A stretch of 64,000 nt of DNA from Bythopirellula sp. (GTDB lineage: Bacteria; Planctomycetota; Planctomycetia; Pirellulales; Lacipirellulaceae). A model generated the notes under the pieces. That model was given only the letters and a program-made list of their open reading frames with translations, searched no databases and was not told where the DNA came from. Below, piece after piece: positions 11,654 to 21,846 of the stretch (the first letter of the stretch is position 1; every line of letters starts with the position of its first letter). The position numbers and the translations under genes are program-made. Location of the stretch: contig OZ244170.1 in NCBI GenBank assembly GCA_965216565.1, forward strand, positions 4,416,001 to 4,480,000. The letters are read 5' to 3'.

Positions 11654-11849
11654 CACCGCAAGTAATCTGCAAGAGACAACCGATTGGTAGACGCGAAGGG
11701 AATAGCCCGTAGTGTGCGTGAAGCGATATCGAAACGCACCACTCACCCCGCCGCCAAGGTGCGTTCCGTTACCACTCCACGTACCCTACAGAATCTGCCC
11801 ACTAACGCACTCTTCGTGCCCTTCGTGTCTTTGTGGTTCCTCCCTCACA

Positions 11850-11938
11850 CTGCCGCCTTTTTAGGGCTATAGTGTTTTCAACATCTCTGTCCAGGGGCTG
11901 ACGCCCCTGGCTATTTTCTGCCGCCCCTGGCGGGGCTT
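11850..11938. repeat. REP-like double hairpin (family A)
   Basis: ccaggggctgacgcccctggctattttctgccgcccctggcggggct is the near reverse complement of 24002-24048; a partial copy lies at 45308-45328. Confidence 0.75.
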
Positions 11939-12169
11939 TTGGGCTGCCGGTCACTTCTCCATGCCGTTTGTGTCTTTGTGGTTCTCTCCCTAACCCTGGC
12001 CACTGCTTGCATTCCGGGACCCGTCTTGAAAATTGCCTTTGCCGATCGTTGATTAATTGTCGCTTGCGTTGGCATGGCACTGGGCATTCGCAAACGCGTC
12101 AGGTGATTCTCGGCAAGCGTGGCATTGCGGCAAACTGTACGTGCCTAGCCATTGATCTTGCCTTGCGAA

Positions 12170-12178
12170 TGTTATAAT
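12170..12178 (+). promoter_or_regulatory. Extended -10 promoter element
   Basis: TGTTATAAT ~65 nt upstream of ATG 12243. Confidence 0.45.
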
Positions 12179-12242
12179 CGATGCCTTGTTTCGGGAGGGA
12201 ACCCCGCTTATTTCCCACTCGGTTTTTTGGAAGGAGAATGCG

Positions 12243-12770
12243 ATGAAACGCGTAGCACTGTTGGCAATGGTTGGCGTGGCACTGGCCGCGGGTTCGTTAG
12301 TTTGGGCAGAGCATCATGGCGAGGGGCATGACCACGAGGCTGGTTGGTTCGATATGGAACATTGCCAAATTTGTAGCCCCATGGCCAAGCATCCTGAGAT
12401 GATGCAGGAGATGGAATGGGAAACGCACAAGATCGACAGCGGCATGTTGATGGTGGCACAAATTCCTGAGAAGCACCGTAAGACGTTCGAAGGCATGTGC
12501 GAAAAATCGCATGCCTTGGCAGCCGAGCTTGCTGAGAAGAATCAGACTGAAAACTTGTGCGGCTTTTGCCAAGGATTTCAGGAATTGACCAAGGCGGGTG
12601 CCAAAGAGCAAATCATCAAGACGGGCTTCGGCAATATTACGCTAGTGACTTCTCCCGACAGCAAAGTCGTAGAAGATATCCACAAGCACGCCGAGCGTTC
12701 GCAAGTGGAAGCGAAGAAGATGGAAGAAAAGATGAAAGAGATGATGGCCAAAATGAAAGACGCCGGCTAA
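12243..12770 (+). CDS. Secreted His-rich protein with two CxxC motifs
   Basis: AAGGAG RBS, signal peptide, EHHGEGHDH, CQIC, CGFC. Confidence 0.75.
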   Translation: MKRVALLAMVGVALAAGSLVWAEHHGEGHDHEAGWFDMEHCQICSPMAKHPEMMQEMEWETHKIDSGMLMVAQIPEKHRKTFEGMCEKSHALAAELAEKNQTENLCGFCQGFQELTKAGAKEQIIKTGFGNITLVTSPDSKVVEDIHKHAERSQVEAKKMEEKMKEMMAKMKDAG

Positions 12771-12870
12771 TCGTTGAATCACGGTTCACCCTCTCCTCGC
12801 ACGCGGGGAGAGGGTTTCAAGTTTAACAAGATCACCTACTCTGGTCTCTGGACTCTCAACTCTTGCCTCT

Positions 12871-13341
12871 CTAAGGCAACGACCAAATCACCAAGCCCGT
12901 CCGGCGATCCTCTCTCGCCTCCAGCAGCAACGGCCAATAGCGCTCGACCGCGTTGGCGGGACGTTCGAGATTTACAAACGGCTTGGCGACGATTCCGGTC
13001 TGACGCGTGGTTACTCCCAGGGCAGGTGCCGTTACCGGGGCAACGGGGGCAATGGTGGCTGCCACGCCGCGACGTCGGGTGATGGCATAGTAAGGCGCGG
13101 AGTACAGCGTTCGATTCTGTAAGGCAATGGGGACACCGGTGCCTTGCTGGCGATTGGGGTAGCCCACATTCCGCACGCGATAAAAGGCCAGAGCAGCATT
13201 GGAACTCATGCCTTGCGAGGTTTGCCGCCAGGTGTGTAGCGTCGTAGCGGGCGAGGAAATTTGTGCCTCTGCAGTCGACGCACTCGAGAGAATGCCGACG
13301 GCAAAACCAAGAGCCAGCAACGTGGTACGCTCGATATTCAT
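12871..13341 (-). CDS. Secreted hypothetical protein
   Basis: GGAGGAG RBS; signal ending AEA-Q. Confidence 0.6.
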   Translation of the reverse strand: MNIERTTLLALGFAVGILSSASTAEAQISSPATTLHTWRQTSQGMSSNAALAFYRVRNVGYPNRQQGTGVPIALQNRTLYSAPYYAITRRRGVAATIAPVAPVTAPALGVTTRQTGIVAKPFVNLERPANAVERYWPLLLEAREDRRTGLVIWSLP

Positions 13342-13570
13342 GATAGCTCCTCCGCCAGGTAGGCATCGGACAAACCGCAGGCAACGGTTACCAGCATTTA
13401 GTATAGCCGAGTTCTCGGTGAAATGTTGCCAACAAATAACAGGGCAATTCTTATTCGCTTCGAGCTGATAGTACTTGGCGAAAAAATTGGCCCCCATCTT
13501 CAATTCGCGGCAAGAATGAGGTATTTATAGTGCCTAAGTCGAATGGCCTTCCACCCATAAGAGAGTCGCC

Positions 13571-13975
13571 ATGCAACTCGTCTGCCCCCACTGTAACGCA
13601 AAACTAGAAATCGCCTCGGAACATGCCGGCGCGAATATCAACTGCCCCGAGTGTGGCGGCAAATCGCAGGCACCGATTCCCACGGCCATGCCGGAGGGGA
13701 TGGAATCGGTCGACTCAGTCGAAGTACGGGCATTCGCTTCTAAAAAAATTGCTGCAGGCGTGTGCGGGATTTTGATCGGCGCATTGGGAATTCACAAGTT
13801 TGTGCTCGGTCTCAACACAGCGGGTGTGATCATGCTGCTGGGAAGCGTACTGAGCTGCGGAATCCTAGCGGCACCACTGGGCATTGTGGGCTTGGTCGAA
13901 GGTATTATCTACATCTCCAAGAGCGACGCAGAATTCTACCGTGACTACGCGGTTGACCAAAAGGGATGGTTCTAG
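13571..13975 (+). CDS. Zn-ribbon + TM2 domain membrane protein
   Basis: CPHC...CPEC; KKIAAGVCGILIGALGIHKFVLG TM2 signature. Confidence 0.85.
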   Translation: MQLVCPHCNAKLEIASEHAGANINCPECGGKSQAPIPTAMPEGMESVDSVEVRAFASKKIAAGVCGILIGALGIHKFVLGLNTAGVIMLLGSVLSCGILAAPLGIVGLVEGIIYISKSDAEFYRDYAVDQKGWF

Positions 13976-14033
13976 ACAAAACCGCAATTGAATGGGCTTT
14001 CGACCCTAGCCGCGATCTGACAGATCGCCGGGA

Positions 14034-14687
14034 CTACTCAGCGTCTTTCTCGCGGCAATAGGCGATCATCTCTTCGACGCTCATCGAAGACTTGTCGACT
14101 TTCACCACTCCACCGTCCGACTCCGCTGCGGAGGTTTCCTCGGCGGCTTCTTCAGCAGGTGCTGGTTCCTCGGCTACGGGTTCGGGGGTTTCTTCCGGCT
14201 CCGGCGGCGCTTTTTCTGCTGCTGGTTTGGCACCGCCGCTAGTTTCAGCACGTGCCGCGGCCATCATCTCGGCAACGGACATCTTTTTCTTCGCCGCGGG
14301 CTTGGCTGCCGGTGCGTCTTTCTTGGCCCCAGCATCGTCTTTCTTGCCTAAATCCTGAGCACGAGCCATTTCCAAGGGTGAAAGTTTTTTCTCACCTGTT
14401 GGGGCTGCCTTCTTCGCAGCGGGCTTAGCGGCCGGTTTCTTCGCCGCAGGTTTTTTCTCTTGCGGCGCTGGTTTGTCGACTACCTTCAGATAGTCCAGAT
14501 CAATGTCATGCCAACCGATATTCAGGTGGAACTCCATGAACTCGACTAGGGCCCGACCGCTCATGTTGACGGTTTTCACTTGCCCTACGTGATCGCGAAA
14601 ACGGGCCAACTCGGGCCGGTTGGCATCCACCACGACATACTTGTCTGTGTATTCTTCTTTAATCTTTTCGATGTTGGCCGAGATCAT
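14034..14687 (-). CDS. Conserved hypothetical protein: small SH3-like N-domain plus Ala/Lys/Pro-rich tail
   Basis: YTDKYVVVDANRPELARF...GQVKTVNMSGRALVEF, then PAAKK repeats and repeated MSVxEM motifs. Confidence 0.7.
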   Translation of the reverse strand: MISANIEKIKEEYTDKYVVVDANRPELARFRDHVGQVKTVNMSGRALVEFMEFHLNIGWHDIDLDYLKVVDKPAPQEKKPAAKKPAAKPAAKKAAPTGEKKLSPLEMARAQDLGKKDDAGAKKDAPAAKPAAKKKMSVAEMMAAARAETSGGAKPAAEKAPPEPEETPEPVAEEPAPAEEAAEETSAAESDGGVVKVDKSSMSVEEMIAYCREKDAE

Positions 14688-14867
14688 CGCAGTCAGCAAG
14701 CTCCCAATTTGGGGTGAACAGAGCCTCTGTGGCAAACCGAGAATTGTCCCGCAATTTGGGCTGTTTGGCAATGACTCCTCAGCGGTTTCAGCCTTGTTTT
14801 TCCTTGCGACTGAAGGCTCGACGCTCCATAATCACTACCTCAGAAGTTTGTTGCTCCACGTCCTCGA

Positions 14868-15701
14868 TTGAAACCCCCATTGGGAGTCACACCGTTGAAT
14901 AGCCGCATACTCGTGATTTTAATCGCTTCCACGACACTGACGGGATGCCCCGCTGCCAGTTGCTGGGCACAACACACCGAGTATCTGCCTGGAATCCAAT
15001 GGCCCGAACCGCCGGTTGTCGAACCCGCCAAAGAGCCAGGGGGCCCACCCTCAGACGCCATCATTCTATTCGATGGCACAGACCTCTCGGCATGGAACGG
15101 AGCGGACAATTGGAAGGTCGAGGATGGAGTGGCCATCGTCGGCGAGGGGGGAATAACGTCCAAGCAGGCATTCGGCGATTGCCAATTACATGCCGAATGG
15201 TCGTCGCCCGTACCCGCCCAAGGCGAGGGGCAGGGCCGCGGCAACAGTGGCATCTATCTGATGGGCAACTACGAAGTGCAGGTGCTCGATTCCTACAAAA
15301 GCAAAACCTACTTTGATGGCCAGGCCGGAGCGATCTACAAGCAGTCGCCGCCGATGGTCAATGCTATGCGTCCGCCAGGGGAGTGGAACGTGTACGATAT
15401 TGTGTTCACCGCCCCCAAGTTTACCGAGGATGGCAAGCTGGAGTCTCCCGCCTATATGACGGTCATCCACAATGGCGTGCTTTTACACAATCACTACGAG
15501 TTGAAGGGCCGTACCCTGTGGGAACGTCCCTCTGTGTATGAACCCCATGAGGCCAAGATGCCAATCTTTTTGCAGGATCATGGCAACCCGGTCCGTTACC
15601 GCAACATCTGGGTGCGAGAGTTCAAGCAGATCGAGGGCCGGCAAACGGAAAAGCCGCAATATCTAGATCACAGCACGGGTGAGAAAAAGTTGGCGGGATA
15701 G
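14868..15701 (+). CDS. DUF1080 (3-keto-disaccharide hydrolase family) protein
   Basis: PSDAIILFDG, GNSGIY, YEVQVLDS, LQDHGNPVRYRNIW. Confidence 0.9.
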   Translation: MKPPLGVTPLNSRILVILIASTTLTGCPAASCWAQHTEYLPGIQWPEPPVVEPAKEPGGPPSDAIILFDGTDLSAWNGADNWKVEDGVAIVGEGGITSKQAFGDCQLHAEWSSPVPAQGEGQGRGNSGIYLMGNYEVQVLDSYKSKTYFDGQAGAIYKQSPPMVNAMRPPGEWNVYDIVFTAPKFTEDGKLESPAYMTVIHNGVLLHNHYELKGRTLWERPSVYEPHEAKMPIFLQDHGNPVRYRNIWVREFKQIEGRQTEKPQYLDHSTGEKKLAG

Positions 15702-15722
15702 GCATTGGAGGCTGACGCTACT

Positions 15723-17306
15723 CTAGCCGCGGCGACGCTTACCCAAAGCCAAGCAAACGAAAGCCAGGGCCAGCGTGCAACTTGAGGGCTCAGGCACGGC
15801 GGCTGACGACGCAGTTTGAGAGGTCGTGCCATAGTTGGCTTCCCAATCGGCTAAGGAACCGCTGCCAGGGTCTGTTTGCCACGCGAGAAAATCTAGGCCG
15901 TCTACGTCATTGTCAGAGTCGAAGTCGCCCTCAAGTCCGTTGATGAACAGGCCGGCCGAATCGATCCAGACCGCGCCATTGTCGGTCCCAGGCTGGTTGA
16001 ACTGAAAAGTTAGCCGGGCTTCCACCGCGTTTGCTGGTGCGGTTGTTTCGAGTTCATGGTTGAGCCAGATATTCTCTGGCGAGGAGCCATCGTGGATCAA
16101 TTCAACCACTTCCCCTAGAAAGGCACTCGATCCATAAGCTGCACCAAAAGAGCTATAAAATTCGATCTTCATCGAAACATCGTTGCTCTTGCCAAATAGT
16201 GTGTCCACCGAAGGAGATTGCGTGCTTGCCACAGCTCGCAGAGATTCACCTCCAGTGATAGCCGTCCCTTGGGAGGCTCCCGAGGAATTGCTGGAGCCAT
16301 TGAACTGTCCGAAGATTTTCAGGGCGTGCGTACCGTCGTTCGACAAGAAAGAACTTGCAGAGACGTTGGGGATGACGTTTCCGAAGATGTCCCATTCGGC
16401 TAGCGAACCACCTGCGATGTCGAATCCCGGATTGAGCAGCAGGTTGGTTCCCGGTTCGGGTCCTGTATTCGGATCAGGCGCGGCTTCCCGCTGCCAATAG
16501 CGAACGTAATCTACATACATTGTCTGGGGCCAAACCGTCGATCCATCGGGGTCGCCGCCAAAGTCGCCGCCGACTGCCAGATTGAGAATGATGTTTTTTG
16601 CCGTCTCGAATATGGGCCGATTTGGGGTTTCGGTAACGGTGAAATGTAGATTGTCATCGACGTAGTAGCGAATGGTTGTTTCGTCCCATTCCGCGGCGTA
16701 AGTGTGGAAGCCATCGTGAAAGTTTACCGGTTGGCCGGGCGCCGTGTACTCATCGTAGACGAACTGATGTTGGTCGCAGCATGGGCCGGGATTTGTCTGC
16801 CAATGATAGGCACTAGAAACCAAGTCTGGTTGGCTGCCACGGTTTTCTAGAATATCAATCTCACCACCCTGCGGCCAAGATACTTGATTGGCATTTAGCC
16901 AGAAGGCAGGCCACATGCCCTGCGAGGTCGGCAAATCGATACGTGCTTCAAACCGGCCGGGGCCGAACAAATTGTTGGAAGTCACCAAGCCAGACTGATA
17001 TGCCTTACCACCGAATGGAACATTGATGGCTTCAAGTTCTAAGTTGCCATTTGCGATGGTGACCTGCTGGGGTCGATAGTACTGCTTTTCGTTGTTGAAA
17101 CTGTCCCTGCGATCGAGTGCGGTCCAGTTCGTAGTATTAAGTGAAGTTCCGTCGAACTCATCGTTCCAGATAAGATCCCAACCAGGTAAGTCAGGGACTT
17201 GAGCCGATGCAACACTCCCGTATGACAATGCCAACAGCAATAGGGAGGATGTACAGATAAGTCTGCGGAGCAGGCGCAAGCGGCCGTTTGAAAACGGTGC
17301 GGACAT
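15723..17306 (-). CDS. GH16 glycoside hydrolase with CBM-like domain, dockerin-like repeat and PEP-CTERM tail
   Basis: WPAFW and GEIDILE (EIDxxE) catalytic motif, GDFDSDNDVDGLDFLAWQ, VPEP + TM + KRRRG. Start uncertain. Confidence 0.9.
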   Translation of the reverse strand: MSAPFSNGRLRLLRRLICTSSLLLLALSYGSVASAQVPDLPGWDLIWNDEFDGTSLNTTNWTALDRRDSFNNEKQYYRPQQVTIANGNLELEAINVPFGGKAYQSGLVTSNNLFGPGRFEARIDLPTSQGMWPAFWLNANQVSWPQGGEIDILENRGSQPDLVSSAYHWQTNPGPCCDQHQFVYDEYTAPGQPVNFHDGFHTYAAEWDETTIRYYVDDNLHFTVTETPNRPIFETAKNIILNLAVGGDFGGDPDGSTVWPQTMYVDYVRYWQREAAPDPNTGPEPGTNLLLNPGFDIAGGSLAEWDIFGNVIPNVSASSFLSNDGTHALKIFGQFNGSSNSSGASQGTAITGGESLRAVASTQSPSVDTLFGKSNDVSMKIEFYSSFGAAYGSSAFLGEVVELIHDGSSPENIWLNHELETTAPANAVEARLTFQFNQPGTDNGAVWIDSAGLFINGLEGDFDSDNDVDGLDFLAWQTDPGSGSLADWEANYGTTSQTASSAAVPEPSSCTLALAFVCLALGKRRRG

Positions 17307-17616
17307 GAGGCTCTTTTCCATTCCAGAAATCAGCAAGCAGAGGCGAGAAACTGTTTCATGCACTGTTTCTTATTCTAGGCGATTGCTCCCATTTCGTCCA
17401 ATGAAATTAGGGGGCAAATTACCCAATTGGGAACCCAGATTCAGCAGCCTGTGGGTAATACTTAGGCTCCGAAGACTCCCTCGAAACCCGCCTCGGTTGT
17501 TGCCCTAGATTGGGGAGTAAGGCTTATTCCAGGTGAAGCTGATCAAGCCGCCGAGCGAGAATCTGTCATCATGGGAGCAGTTCGCAAGTAATTGTAGAGC
17601 AAAGCCTTGCGCCTGA

Positions 17617-18228
17617 TCACACCTTCCACAGGCCGTATCGCCACTGGATGGTAGCAGGGACCGGTGATTCCCAGGTGATCTCCGTAACCAGGCAAACTTC
17701 GGTCGCGGTGAGCTCAATCTGGCACGATGTAGACTCTGAATTCTTACTAAATGCCACGGGGCGAAGTTCGTAGCTTCCTATATGACATTCCAATAGAACT
17801 CCCACAGCGGTTTTGGTGCTTTTTACAGCTTCGCCAAGGCGGTACGTGCTTGTGAGCCGTGGCGGCAAACTCTTGACGCGGCAGGCTACGTCGAACACGA
17901 GCCCGCATTTGCTCTGGTCCCGATCGCGTTCGACCGTCATCGACCAATGGCCATCGCCAGCCATACCAATCAGCATTGCAGCGGGGGCATCTCCCGGATC
18001 GTATCGGCGTAGGTCGTCCATGTTGAGCCCTTGTGTTACGGGACTGCATGGCCAAGCGTGATGCAGTCGGTCTTCGACTGCTGTGAGTAATGGGCAAGAA
18101 CCACCGGCATTATCTTGCGCTACTAGTTGGTGTGTGTAGCGATCGCCGTGGCGAGCGAATTCAGCCCAAGCACCTGTTCCGTTAGCATCAATGGCGGCAA
18201 GTGCCGCAACTTGTTTCACGTCGCTCAA
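17617..18228 (-). CDS. Hypothetical protein downstream of prfB
   Basis: Open frame; likely TTG start overlapping the prfB TGA (or GTG 18219). Confidence 0.55.
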   Translation of the reverse strand: MSDVKQVAALAAIDANGTGAWAEFARHGDRYTHQLVAQDNAGGSCPLLTAVEDRLHHAWPCSPVTQGLNMDDLRRYDPGDAPAAMLIGMAGDGHWSMTVERDRDQSKCGLVFDVACRVKSLPPRLTSTYRLGEAVKSTKTAVGVLLECHIGSYELRPVAFSKNSESTSCQIELTATEVCLVTEITWESPVPATIQWRYGLWKV

Positions 18229-19347
18229 TCGGCCGATTCCTCTATAGGTTGACCAGCTCGCCACCGCAGCACAGCATCCAGAAAACCCTGGATATCGCCA
18301 TCCAGTACCGCGTGAAAATTTCCCATCTGATACTTCGTACGGGCGTCCTTCACCCGCTGGTCGGGGTGCAGAAAGTAGTTGCGAATTTGTGAGCCGAAGC
18401 CTGTTTTGGCTTGCTGCTGATATTTGGCTGCTTCCTCGGCTTCCCGTTGCTCTTCTTCTTGCCTTGCCAGCCGTGCCCGCAGCATCTTCCAAGCAGTCGC
18501 ACGATTCTTATGTTGGCTCCGCTCATTCTGGCACTGCACCACGATGCCGGTGGGCTCATGGGTGAGCCGAATGGCGCTGTCAGTCTTGTTCACGTGCTGG
18601 CCACCGGCACCACTTGCTCTATAGGTATCCACCCGAACGTCCGCCTCGTTGATTTCAATGTCGGTCGAGTCAGAAATCTCTGGCGACACATCCACGGCAG
18701 CAAAACTAGTTTGCCGCTTGCCTTCCGAGTTGAACGGACTAATTCGCACCAGACGATGCATGCCACTTTCTCCGCGTAGATAGCCGTATGCCATCGGACC
18801 GCGAACGGCAATCGTAGCGTTGTTGATGCCAGCTTCTTCGTTGTCCTGCCGATCGATCAACGACGTAGAAAAGTCGTTTTTCTGAGCCCACTGCAAATAC
18901 ATCCTGAGCAGCATCTCCGCCCAATCGTTGGCGTCGGTGCCCCCATCGCGAGCATTGATCGTGAGAATCGCCCCCAGCGAATCGTGTTTACCGCTTAAAA
19001 GAGCTTGTAGCTTCAACTGCTCGAGATCACGCTCCAGTCGCTCAACCTCACCAGGTACCTCCGCCGCGAAGGAGTCATCTTCCTCCGCCATTTCGATCAT
19101 TGCAGAGAGGTCGCCACTGGCGGAAAGTGCATCGGTAATCGGTTTGACGATTGCCAATAGTGACTTCCGCTCGCCGACTTTCTCCTGCGCAGCTTCTTGA
19201 TCGTTCCAGAAGTCAGGTGCTGCCATTTCCTGATCTATGGCCGCGATTTGCGACTCTTTAGTCGCACAGTCAAAGAGAGTCCCGCAACTGGACCAAAGCA
19301 GTGCGAATCGCCTCGGCGCGATCAAGCCATTCCTTTTCCAGTGCCAT
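18225..19347 (-). CDS. prfB: Peptide chain release factor 2 with programmed +1 frameshift
   Basis: SPF and GGQ motifs; ATG 19347 encodes MALEKEWLDRAEAIRTALVQLRDSL, then CTT-TGA-C (19275-19269) shifting into the DCATKE frame. Confidence 0.95.
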
Positions 19348-19533
19348 GTCGGGACTCCGATAGATAGATTCGTTGAATTACTAAAAAGCAATATAAGCAA
19401 CATCAGACTGAGTTGCGAGGCCCTGGAAAGGTAAATGACCAAGGACCGAATGACCAACGCCCGTTAACTAGACGCTTATGGCATTGGACATACTCGATTG
19501 GACATGGGTCATTAGTCGCCTTAGACTTTCCTT

Positions 19534-20640
19534 ATGGCACGTGTAGTTCTAGCAATGTCTGGAGGCGTTGATTCAAGCGTCGCGGCCCATCTCCTGTGCG
19601 AGGCGGGCCACGAAGTCGTCGGCGTATTTATGCGCCACGGTCAGCAGTCGCCTGTAGCTTGTGAAAGCGAAGGACAGGCTTCGCAGTTGCCAATTATTAA
19701 TCGGCTCGACCACAAGCAGGGTTGCTGTACGGCCGCAGATGCTGAGGATGCACGCCGGGTGGCCGACCGGCTGAGTATTCCGTTCTATGCCCTTAATTTG
19801 AACGAAGAATTCACTCGTATTATTGATTACTTTGTTGACGAATACACGGCTGGGCGGACTCCGAATCCCTGTGTGCAGTGCAACAACTGGATCAAGTTTG
19901 GCAAGCTGTTCGACTATGCCGACAGCATCGAAGCCGAGTTTGTTGCTACTGGTCATTATGCGAGACTCCAAGCCTCTGACGACGGATCCTCGGCCCTGCT
20001 CCGCGGCTGCGACGATGGCAAAGATCAGTCGTATGTGTTGTTCGGAATTCGTCGTGAATTGTTGCCAAGGATGCTGTTGCCTGTTGGCAGTTTTCAGAAA
20101 CCCGAGATTCGCCGCATTGCTGGGACCCTTGGTCTAAACGTCGCTGAAAAAAAGGATAGCCAGGAAATCTGCTTCGTCACCAGCGGTCGTTACGACGAGT
20201 TTATTCGCAGCCGCGTCGATGATTTGGATACGGGGGGTGAATTGGTGACGACTGATGGCACCGTCGTCGGACAGCACCAAGGCATCGAAGGTTTTACCGT
20301 CGGCCAGCGCAAGGGGTTGGGTGTTGCGCTTGGCGAACCGAAGTTCGTTGTGCGTATCGAACCAGATACGCGTCGTGTTGTATTGGGAGATCGTGAGGAA
20401 TTGGGCCAAACAGCTTTAACCGCAGCTAATTGCAATTGGCTCGTAAAGATAGAAGATGTTCCCACTCGCTGCCTGGCACAGATTCGATACAACTCGCCTC
20501 CGGCATCTGCCACCGTTGAAATCCTGTCTAATGCACGTCTCGCCGTAAACTTCGACGAACCTCAGTTCGGCGTCACTCCAGGTCAAGCGGTGGTTTGCTA
20601 CGATGGTCCGCGCACCCTGGGCGGTGGTTGGATTGAGTGA
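19534..20640 (+). CDS. mnmA: tRNA-specific 2-thiouridylase
   Basis: AMSGGVDSSV, TPNPCVQCN, ATGHYA, KDQSY, DSQEICF. Confidence 0.96.
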   Translation: MARVVLAMSGGVDSSVAAHLLCEAGHEVVGVFMRHGQQSPVACESEGQASQLPIINRLDHKQGCCTAADAEDARRVADRLSIPFYALNLNEEFTRIIDYFVDEYTAGRTPNPCVQCNNWIKFGKLFDYADSIEAEFVATGHYARLQASDDGSSALLRGCDDGKDQSYVLFGIRRELLPRMLLPVGSFQKPEIRRIAGTLGLNVAEKKDSQEICFVTSGRYDEFIRSRVDDLDTGGELVTTDGTVVGQHQGIEGFTVGQRKGLGVALGEPKFVVRIEPDTRRVVLGDREELGQTALTAANCNWLVKIEDVPTRCLAQIRYNSPPASATVEILSNARLAVNFDEPQFGVTPGQAVVCYDGPRTLGGGWIE

Positions 20641-20946
20641 GTATTTCTCGGCAGCACCTAAAGAGATTGAAAAAAGAGGGGCCCCTCTTCTACTAGCTCG
20701 AAGCTCCGATTTGTCGACGCACGACGTGTTGCGGGTGGGGCACTGCGATCTCGCGAGCGAAGAGACTTACCGCATTTGGGTGCCGGCCGGGCAGTATCCC
20801 ACACGGAAGTTCCTTGGCCATCGCAGTCTGTTATCAACCGATCCCCGCAAACATTGGCCGACGTGACAGGAGGAATTCTAACTGCCCGCGTGGCCAATTG
20901 CTAAAGCACTTTTTGGCCACTAGTACCACACCGCAGTGTTGGTAGT

Positions 20947-21068
20947 CAAAAAAGGGACTGGCTCGACGCACGAATTCGGTTGGGCCCCTTCGCGCACGTA
21001 GTGTCGTCGTGCCTGTCCCTTTTTTGACGGGCCATTGGTAGCCGCCGCTTGAAATGGGGACAGGCACG
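20947..21068. repeat. REP-like palindromic units (gtgcctgtccc / gggactggctc family)
   Basis: aaaaagggactggctc...gtgcctgtcccttttt...aaatggggacaggcac. Confidence 0.6.
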
Positions 21069-21212
21069 CGATTGCGGCCAGATGTGATCATCTACAAACA
21101 TGACTCTGCAATCACGAGCCAGTTCCCGTTTCAGGTTCACCCTGCGCTCTAATGCTTAGTGAGCCGTGGCGTCCCTGCCCGCAGTGCACCGACTTGGGGA
21201 CAAGTCGGCTCG

Positions 21213-21782
21213 CTACGCAGGCTTGGGTTTGATGATCGCTGCTGTGGCGAGGCCCATTACGAGGGCTGCTCCCAGCGTGTAGGCGGAGTTACCGAGACTG
21301 TACTGCAACGAATGGAACCACCAGACAGCGTCACCCCCATTGGCCCAGACGGCAGAGATTAGTCCCACCAGTAAAACAAATCCCACGCGCCCTGCATAGC
21401 TAGGGAAACGATCTACGACAAGCGACACCAAGATTGAAGTGAGCAATGCCACTACGAAATAGTGGCCGAGCCCTTTGCCCATTACGGCCGGCGACATCAC
21501 GGGCCCGCCTTCGGCTCGATAGGCCATCTGTAGAATCGGGCCTTCCTCGTGCTTGCGTTCCCACTCTGCGTGGGCATCTTCTTGGCTCGGGTCGACGGGC
21601 ATCGGATAGACGTACATGCCGGTCGGCGTTCGCTTGCTTCTTAAAACTGCGGTGACGTCCTCTTCCGCGGGCAAGGGCTCCATTAGTTTGGAGCCCATAT
21701 CTGCCAGGCCCCAAAAGAAGAAGCCCCACATGAACATCAGGACGGCAGAGAGTACAGACGCAGTAAGAATCCGGCCAACCAT
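21213..21782 (-). CDS. Membrane protein
   Basis: About four TM segments; GGAGG RBS. Confidence 0.75.
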   Translation of the reverse strand: MVGRILTASVLSAVLMFMWGFFFWGLADMGSKLMEPLPAEEDVTAVLRSKRTPTGMYVYPMPVDPSQEDAHAEWERKHEEGPILQMAYRAEGGPVMSPAVMGKGLGHYFVVALLTSILVSLVVDRFPSYAGRVGFVLLVGLISAVWANGGDAVWWFHSLQYSLGNSAYTLGAALVMGLATAAIIKPKPA

Positions 21783-21846
21783 AGCTAAGCCTCCCCTAAA
21801 AATACGCGTTTAACCAGCGAATTAGCTAATTGAGTTTGATGAACGG

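Noticed and set aside
14034..14687. Photosystem PsaE-like call for the N-domain
   Set aside because: At most a shared SH3-like fold; no photosynthesis genes present.
19348..19457. N-terminal extension of the prfB ORF in the track
   Set aside because: The real start is ATG 19347 in another frame, joined by the frameshift.
20650..20900. Possible transposase remnant beside REP units
   Set aside because: No HUH or DDE motif recognised in the translated frames available.
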